DNA of 64,000 nucleotides. Source: Burkholderiales bacterium (GTDB lineage Bacteria; Pseudomonadota; Gammaproteobacteria; Burkholderiales; Burkholderiaceae_C). The position numbers and the translations under genes were made by a program. Numbering within the stretch: position 1 is the stretch's first letter; each line of letters starts with the position of its first letter. The stretch is taken from the NCBI GenBank assembly GCA_038215405.1, contig JBBQQX010000002.1, forward strand, positions 22,094 through 86,093, written 5' to 3'. The notes beneath the pieces are model-generated. The model did no database searches, was not told the DNA's origin, and worked only from the letters and a program-made list of their open reading frames with translations. Shown here piece after piece: positions 55,631-64,000 of this stretch.

Positions 55631-57322
55631 ATGACAAATCAGGAAATCCTGGCCCAGTTCGGCCCCAGAGAGGCGATGGAATACGACGTGGTGGTGGTTG
55701 GCGGCGGCGTCGCTGGTCTGGCCACCGCCATACGTCTGAAGCAACTTGCGACGGAAAAAGGCAAGGAGCTGTCGGTGGTGGTGCTGGAAAAAGGCGCCGA
55801 GCCAGGCGCCCACATTCTCTCGGGCGCCATCATGGACCCGATTGCCATGAACGAGCTGTTCCCCGACTGGAAGGCGATGGGCGCGCCCCTGAACCAGCCC
55901 GTGACGGACGACGCGATGATGTTCCTGAGTGAGAAATCAGGCTACCGCACCCCCAACTTTTTGCTGCCCAAATGCAGCCATAACCACGGCAATTACATCA
56001 TCAGCCTGGGCGAACTCACGCGCTGGCTGGGCACCCAGGCTGAAAACATGGGGGTGGAGATATTCCCCGGTTTTGCCGCCGCTGAAGTGCTGTACACCGA
56101 GCAGGGCGCTGTCAGAGGCGTGGCCACGGGCAACATGGGCGTCAACAAGGAAGGCGAGCCCGGCGAGAATTTCCAGATCGGCATGGAGCTCTTGGCCAAG
56201 TACACGATTTTTGCCGAAGGCTCGCGCGGGCACCTCGGGCGCCAGCTGATTGCCAAGTACAAACTCGACGAGGGCTGCGACCCGCAAGGCTACGGTTTGG
56301 GCATCAAGGAGTTGTGGGAGGTGGACCCCTCGCGCCACCAGCCCGGCTTTGCCATGCACACGGCCGGCTGGCCCTTGGACAACAGCACCTACGGCGGCTC
56401 CTTCATGTACCACATGCCGGACAACAAGATCGCCTTGGGCTTCATCACCGGGCTGAATTACCAGAATCCCTACCTGAGTCCGTTCGAGGAGTTCCAGCGC
56501 TGGAAAACGCACCCCAATGTGCGCTGGTATTTTGAAAACGCACAAGGCGAGGTGACCGCCAAGCGGCTGGCCTACGGCGCACGCACCATCACTGCCGGTG
56601 GTTTGCTGGCACTGCCCAAGACGGTATTCCCGGGCGGCGCCATGGTCGGCTGCGAAGCCGGCTTCATGAACGTGAGCCGCATCAAGGGCAGCCACACCGC
56701 CATCAAGACCGGCATGCTGGCAGCCGAGGCGGCCTTTGACGCCGTCATGGCCGGTCGCCAGCATGATGAACTGGCCGCGTACCCCGAGGCTTTTGCGAAC
56801 AGTTGGGTTTTCACCGAACTCAACAAATCGCGCAACTTCAAGTCCTGGTTCAAGTACGGCTTGCGCATCAGCACGCTGATGAATGGCATGGAGCAGTTCG
56901 GTCTGGGCGGCAACATGCCCTGGACCGTTCACCGCGACAAGCCGGATCACGCGTACCTGAAACCCGCTGCCGAGTGCCAGCCGATTGTTTATCCCAAGCC
57001 CGACGGCAAGCTCACCTTTGACCGCTTGAGCAGCGTCTTCATCGGCAACGTCAGCCATGAAGAAAATCAACCCGCGCACCTGACGCTGAAAGATGCCAGC
57101 GTGCCGGTCGCCATCAACCTGGCCAAATTTGCGGGACCCGAGGCGCGCTACTGCCCGGCCGGGGTCTATGAGTTCGTCAAGAACGATGACGGCACCGATC
57201 GCCTGCAGATCAACGCCTCCAACTGCGTGCACTGCAAGACCTGCGACATCAAGGACCCAACGCAAAACATCGTCTGGGTCACGCCCGAAGGCGGCGGCGG
57301 GCCGAATTACGCGGGAATGTAG
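55631..57322 (+). CDS. Electron-transfer flavoprotein-ubiquinone oxidoreductase
   Basis: 563 aa. YDVVVVGGGVAGLATA FAD fold. C-terminal 4Fe-4S motif CPAGVYEF...NCVHCKTCDIKDP. Confidence 0.95.
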   Translation: MTNQEILAQFGPREAMEYDVVVVGGGVAGLATAIRLKQLATEKGKELSVVVLEKGAEPGAHILSGAIMDPIAMNELFPDWKAMGAPLNQPVTDDAMMFLSEKSGYRTPNFLLPKCSHNHGNYIISLGELTRWLGTQAENMGVEIFPGFAAAEVLYTEQGAVRGVATGNMGVNKEGEPGENFQIGMELLAKYTIFAEGSRGHLGRQLIAKYKLDEGCDPQGYGLGIKELWEVDPSRHQPGFAMHTAGWPLDNSTYGGSFMYHMPDNKIALGFITGLNYQNPYLSPFEEFQRWKTHPNVRWYFENAQGEVTAKRLAYGARTITAGGLLALPKTVFPGGAMVGCEAGFMNVSRIKGSHTAIKTGMLAAEAAFDAVMAGRQHDELAAYPEAFANSWVFTELNKSRNFKSWFKYGLRISTLMNGMEQFGLGGNMPWTVHRDKPDHAYLKPAAECQPIVYPKPDGKLTFDRLSSVFIGNVSHEENQPAHLTLKDASVPVAINLAKFAGPEARYCPAGVYEFVKNDDGTDRLQINASNCVHCKTCDIKDPTQNIVWVTPEGGGGPNYAGM

Positions 57323-57334
57323 TTGTAAAATCCG

Positions 57335-57590
57335 CCGGGTCAGGAGAGAGCCAGCCCCGTGAGGTGGCCGCCGAAGGCGCAGAGTTGCTGATCGCAGCAG
57401 TTTGAACGCTCAGGCAAAAGGACTGACAAACACTTCAAAGGTCGCAAGACCTTGGCGTGATTCCCCACTGGAGAGAGGTCACCGCTGGCGCTAGGGCGCC
57501 AGGGCGATCCACCGAAGGAGCAACCCGAAGCCAACACCGCAGGCGTGTCTGGAGGCGGCGAATCTCTCAGGTAAAGCGGACAGCGGCGGC
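57335..57590 (+). promoter_or_regulatory. Tandem glycine riboswitch (two aptamers) in the gcvT leader
   Basis: Aptamer 1: GGAGAGAG...CCGAAGGCGCA...CTCAGGCAAAAGGAC. Aptamer 2: CTGGAGAGAG...CACCGAAGGAGCAA...CTCAGGTAAAGCGGAC. Both match the conserved glycine-aptamer core. Confidence 0.85.
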
Positions 57591-57662
57591 AGCCCATGGC
57601 TTTCGACATTGGTCGAGGCCGTGGTATTTGACTTGCCCCTTTTCCTTTGCAGGAGTTCGCTG

Positions 57663-58808
57663 ATGACGACCACGTCCGACAACCTCTCTAAAACCCCGCT
57701 CAACGACCTGCATGTGTCGCTCGGTGCCCGCATGGTGCCCTTCGCCGGCTATTGCATGCCGGTGCAGTACCCGGCCGGCCTGATGTTTGAACACAAACAC
57801 ACACGCACCGCTGCCGGCCTGTTTGACGTATCCCACATGGGCCAGTTGCGCTTGGTCGGGCCCGAAGCTGGCGCCGCGTTGGAGAGCCTGATTCCGGTCG
57901 ATGTGATCGATTTGCCGGTAGGCAAACAGCGCTACGGCCTGCTGCTCAATGAAGCGGGCGGCATTATCGACGACCTGATGTTCGTCAACCGGGGCGCAGA
58001 TATTTTTGTCATCGTCAACGGCGCCTGCAAGGCGGGTGACATCGCGCACATTCAGGCCAAGATCGGCAGTCGCTGTCAGGTCATCCCCATGCCGGAGCGT
58101 GCCTTACTGGCACTGCAGGGGCCGCTTGCCGTAACCGCCTTGTCGCGTCTGGCGCCGGGCGTGGAGAAGTTGGTGTTCATGACCGGAGGTAATTTCACCA
58201 TTCAAACGGGCGAACAAGGCATTGACGTCTTCCTGACCCGTAGCGGCTACACCGGCGAAGACGGCTTTGAGATTTCAGTGCTCGACTCCCAGGCGCAAGC
58301 GCTGGCGCAAGCGCTGCTGGCGCAACCTGAAGTCAAACCGATTGGGCTGGGCGCACGCAACTCACTGCGACTGGAAGCCGGTCTGCCGCTGTATGGCAAC
58401 GACATTGACAGCACGACCACACCGGTTGAAGCCAGTCTGCAATGGGCCATGCAGAAGGTGCGCCGCAGCGGTGGCACGCGCGCCGGTGGTTTTCCGGGTG
58501 CTGCAAAAATACTAGCGCAACTCGCAGGTGGGACGGGGGCTGCAACCCGAAAACGTGTTGGACTTTTGGCACTGGAGCGGATTCCGGTGCGTGAGCCTAC
58601 AGAACTGCAGAACTTGCAGGGTCAGCGCATTGGCGAAGTCACCAGCGGCTTGCTCGGCCCAACCATCGACCAGCCCATCGCCATGGGCTATGTACCGCCT
58701 GAGCTCGCCACCTTGGGCACGCGCGTCAACGCCATGGTGCGCGGCAAGCCGGTGCCCATGGAGGTGGTGGCGATGCCGTTTGTGCCAACCAACTACTTCC
58801 GTGGTTAG
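57663..58808 (+). CDS. gcvT: Glycine cleavage system aminomethyltransferase T
   Basis: TPLNDLHVSLGARMVPFAGYCMPVQY...FDVSHMGQ. SD GCAGGAG precedes the ATG at 57663. Confidence 0.95.
   Translation: MTTTSDNLSKTPLNDLHVSLGARMVPFAGYCMPVQYPAGLMFEHKHTRTAAGLFDVSHMGQLRLVGPEAGAALESLIPVDVIDLPVGKQRYGLLLNEAGGIIDDLMFVNRGADIFVIVNGACKAGDIAHIQAKIGSRCQVIPMPERALLALQGPLAVTALSRLAPGVEKLVFMTGGNFTIQTGEQGIDVFLTRSGYTGEDGFEISVLDSQAQALAQALLAQPEVKPIGLGARNSLRLEAGLPLYGNDIDSTTTPVEASLQWAMQKVRRSGGTRAGGFPGAAKILAQLAGGTGAATRKRVGLLALERIPVREPTELQNLQGQRIGEVTSGLLGPTIDQPIAMGYVPPELATLGTRVNAMVRGKPVPMEVVAMPFVPTNYFRG
58498..58556 (+). repeat. Element A copy inside gcvT (sense, in frame)
   Basis: GTGCTGCAAAAATACTAGCGCAACTCGCAGGTGGGACGGGGGCTGCAACCCGAAAACG. 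Encodes AKILAQLAGGTGAATRKR. Confidence 0.6.
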
Positions 58809-58896
58809 GCCCGTCCCCGCCCGCTCTTTCGTCATTCGCAATCTGCAATTCGCCAAACCCCTTGTCCCTTTCAACTTCTAGCTCAAGAGAACGCTC

Positions 58897-59271
58897 ATGA
58901 CCATCAAATACACCCCCGACCACGAATGGATCAACATTGACGGCAACCTCGGTACCGTCGGCATCACCCAGCACGCGCAAGACGCCTTGGGCGACGTGGT
59001 GTTTGTCGACCTGCCCGAAGTCGGCAAGACCTACGCGCAAAAAGCCGCCGTCGCCGTGGTCGAATCGGTCAAGGCCGCCGCTGACATTTACATGCCCGCC
59101 AACGGCGAAGTCGTGGAAGTCAATGAAGCCCTGCGCGCCGATCCCTCATTGGCCAACAGCGACCCGCTCGCCGCGGGCTGGTTCTTCAAGGTCAAACTGG
59201 CCAATCCGGCCGACCTGGACACGCTGATGGACGAAACCAGCTACGCCAGCTACGCCGCCGACGCGCACTGA
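58897..59271 (+). CDS. gcvH: Glycine cleavage system H protein
   Basis: 124 aa. Lipoyl-lysine motif VESVKAA. Confidence 0.95.
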   Translation: MTIKYTPDHEWINIDGNLGTVGITQHAQDALGDVVFVDLPEVGKTYAQKAAVAVVESVKAAADIYMPANGEVVEVNEALRADPSLANSDPLAAGWFFKVKLANPADLDTLMDETSYASYAADAH

Positions 59272-59286
59272 CCCGGACCGACCACC

Positions 59287-62169
<2,883 letters not shown>

Positions 62170-62233
62170 GTCAAGGCCCACAAGGCATTGACTGAATGAG
62201 AAAAGACGGTCACACCCTGACCGCACGGGGGCG

Positions 62234-63847
62234 CTAGCGCAAACGCAAGCTGGCTTGGCTGTTGCCGTTGCCAGCGTGCTGCTCCAGCTTGAACGAGGCG
62301 GCCAACACCGCCAGTTCGCGCGCCTGCTCCTGCAAGGCGTTGGACGCCGCCGAGGTCTGCTCGACCAGCGCGGCGTTTTGCTGCGTCACACCGTCCAGAT
62401 GCGTGACGGCCTGGTTGATCTGGGCAATGCCGGCGGACTGCTCGCGGCTGGCCAGGGCAATTTCCCCCACGATACCTGCCACGCGCTGGATGCCGGTGAC
62501 GATCTCCTGCATGGTGGCGCCAGCTTCGGCCACCTGGGCCGTGCCGACGCCCACCTTTTGCACCGAATCTGAAATCAAGGTCTTGATCTCCTTGGCCGCT
62601 TCGGCACTGCGTTGCGCCAGGCTGCGCACTTCAGCGGCCACCACGGCAAAACCGCGGCCCTGCTCACCGGCACGGGCTGCCTCCACAGCGGCGTTGAGCG
62701 CCAGGATATTGGTCTGGAAAGCGATGCCGTCGATCACGGCAATGATGTCCACAATCTTGCGCGATGAAGTGTTGATGGCTTCCATGGTGTCGACCACTTG
62801 CGCCACCACGGCGCCGCCGCGACTGGCCACGCTTGATGCGGATGCTGCGAGCTGGTTCGCCTGGGCGGCATTGTCGGCATTGTTCTGCACCGTGCTGGTC
62901 AATTCCTCAGAGGCGGAGGCGGTTTTCTCGAGCGAGCTGGCTTGTTCCTCGGTGCGTCTGGACAAATCCAGCGTGCCGGTCGCGACCTCACTGGCGGCGC
63001 TGGCGATGGAATCAGAGCCTTCGCGCACTTGGCCGATGACGTGCTGCAGTTTGCCGCGCATGGTTTCCATGTGAAACAGCAGCTTGCCGATCTCGTCTCG
63101 ACCGGTGTGCGGCACGACATGGGTCAAATCACCCCCGGCAATGGCGGTCGCCGTTTCGTTGGCCAATTTGAACCCCAGGCGCATGCGTTTGAGCAGCGTG
63201 AGGGTCAGCCATGTTGCTGGCGTGGCAGCGATGAAAATAACAAATCCGAACAAGATCAGCGCTCTGCTAAAGCGATTCTGAGCAGTCGCATAGGCCTCGC
63301 TGGCCTGTGTCACCTGGTAGTCGCGGTAAACCCCTAAGGCCTTGACTGCGGCTTCACCTTCTTCGCGGCCAGCCTTGAGGAACGCTGCCATGATCGCCGG
63401 GCTGAAGTCGCCCGAATTGATGGCGCTGACCACCTGGTCCAGCTTGACGCGCCAGGCGAGGCAGCTCACCTTGGCGGCCTCAAATATCGCTTTTTCTTCA
63501 GAGCTGGCCACCGTGGATTCCATCAACTGAAAAACCCGGTCAGCTTCAGCGCGATTGGCGGCAATAGTGTCGGTATGAAGGCGGGTCGGATGCTCATGGA
63601 CAGAGACTAGCGGCCCGTCGGGTGCATGCTGAAATGCAAACAACACCTGGACGCGGTTTTGCACGAGCCTGTCTATCGACTGATCCGCTAGCAGCGCTGG
63701 CTGCATCGCGTCGTCGTGCAAGGTCTTGATGCTGTCCCGGGCCGACACCTGGCCCCAGTAACTGACACCTATCACGGCCCACATGGCGGCCGAAAAAATG
63801 ACGACGACCGCGATAAAACGGTGCGTGATGCGAATATTTGCAAACAT
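62234..63847 (-). CDS. Methyl-accepting chemotaxis protein
   Basis: N-terminal TM plus 4HB-like sensor, HAMP, and the conserved signalling hairpin (IAFQTNILALNAAVEAARAGEQGRGFAVVA). ATG at 63847 with SD AGGAG is preferred over 63925. Confidence 0.9.
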   Translation of the reverse strand: MFANIRITHRFIAVVVIFSAAMWAVIGVSYWGQVSARDSIKTLHDDAMQPALLADQSIDRLVQNRVQVLFAFQHAPDGPLVSVHEHPTRLHTDTIAANRAEADRVFQLMESTVASSEEKAIFEAAKVSCLAWRVKLDQVVSAINSGDFSPAIMAAFLKAGREEGEAAVKALGVYRDYQVTQASEAYATAQNRFSRALILFGFVIFIAATPATWLTLTLLKRMRLGFKLANETATAIAGGDLTHVVPHTGRDEIGKLLFHMETMRGKLQHVIGQVREGSDSIASAASEVATGTLDLSRRTEEQASSLEKTASASEELTSTVQNNADNAAQANQLAASASSVASRGGAVVAQVVDTMEAINTSSRKIVDIIAVIDGIAFQTNILALNAAVEAARAGEQGRGFAVVAAEVRSLAQRSAEAAKEIKTLISDSVQKVGVGTAQVAEAGATMQEIVTGIQRVAGIVGEIALASREQSAGIAQINQAVTHLDGVTQQNAALVEQTSAASNALQEQARELAVLAASFKLEQHAGNGNSQASLRLR

Positions 63848-64000
63848 AGAGACTCCTGAGCGCATGGATGGTAATCGATTCATTGCGCTGTATTGGCCTC
63901 TGCTTGAACAAACACGGCTGAGCAAAATCTGCGATTGGCGTGCCCGGTGGCGTTCACTGCAAGGCCAGCCACCGGTCGATGTCAGCGGGCTCGCTGAGCG

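Noticed and set aside
63954-64000. Possible 3' end of a minus-strand gene (...LSEPADIDRWLALQ-stop) at the right edge
   Set aside because: Only 15 codons are visible, so it cannot be identified or supported.

Overview
High-GC betaproteobacterial chromosomal segment. Gene order and protein sequences look Comamonadaceae-like (Polaromonas/Rhodoferax/Variovorax type); this is my judgement, not a database hit. The window is almost entirely core or housekeeping DNA. It contains: a LysR-SDR-RraA-DapA-like catabolic cluster with a TAXI-TRAP transporter; hemW-rdgB-rph; a PP2C phosphatase/Ser-Thr kinase pair; yicC; gmk-rpoZ-spoT; greB; sodB; xseA; exbBD-lpxK-ycaR-kdsB-adk; an amino-acid catabolic cluster (racemase-like, DadA-like, ABC importer, Lrp, RidA, asparaginase); lexA; the LPS core genes waaA/waaC plus a phosphomannomutase; an Ada-AlkA fusion plus ogt; a stress cluster (Hsp20, Lon, BON, GroEL remnant, host-attachment protein, class II RNR); a CheB/CheR-PAS protein with a PAS-GGDEF protein; an EamA-ubiC-thioesterase operon; ETF-QO; a tandem glycine riboswitch with gcvTHP; and an MCP. 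I found no rRNA, tRNA, CRISPR array, transposase, integrase or phage gene. Four things deserve a second look. (1) A dispersed two-hairpin element of about 55 nt occurs at least 12 times. Most copies sit in frame inside housekeeping genes or exactly at gene junctions, which resembles the Rickettsia palindromic elements. (2) Four near-identical Crp/Fnr/FixK-type palindromes (TTGMK-N4-MKCAA) lie in front of four transcription units at 40.8-47.5 kb, pointing to a low-oxygen or stress regulon. (3) That cluster includes a 194-aa GroEL 'skeleton' ORF that stays in frame across three large internal deletions and is translationally coupled to the next gene. (4) Several other structured repeats: a nested inverted-repeat complex between exbD and lpxK, an 81-bp x3 tandem array that fills an intergenic region, and an 86-nt palindromic element in frame inside a thioesterase gene. 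All functional calls rest on my reading of the translated ORFs and motifs. No search was run.
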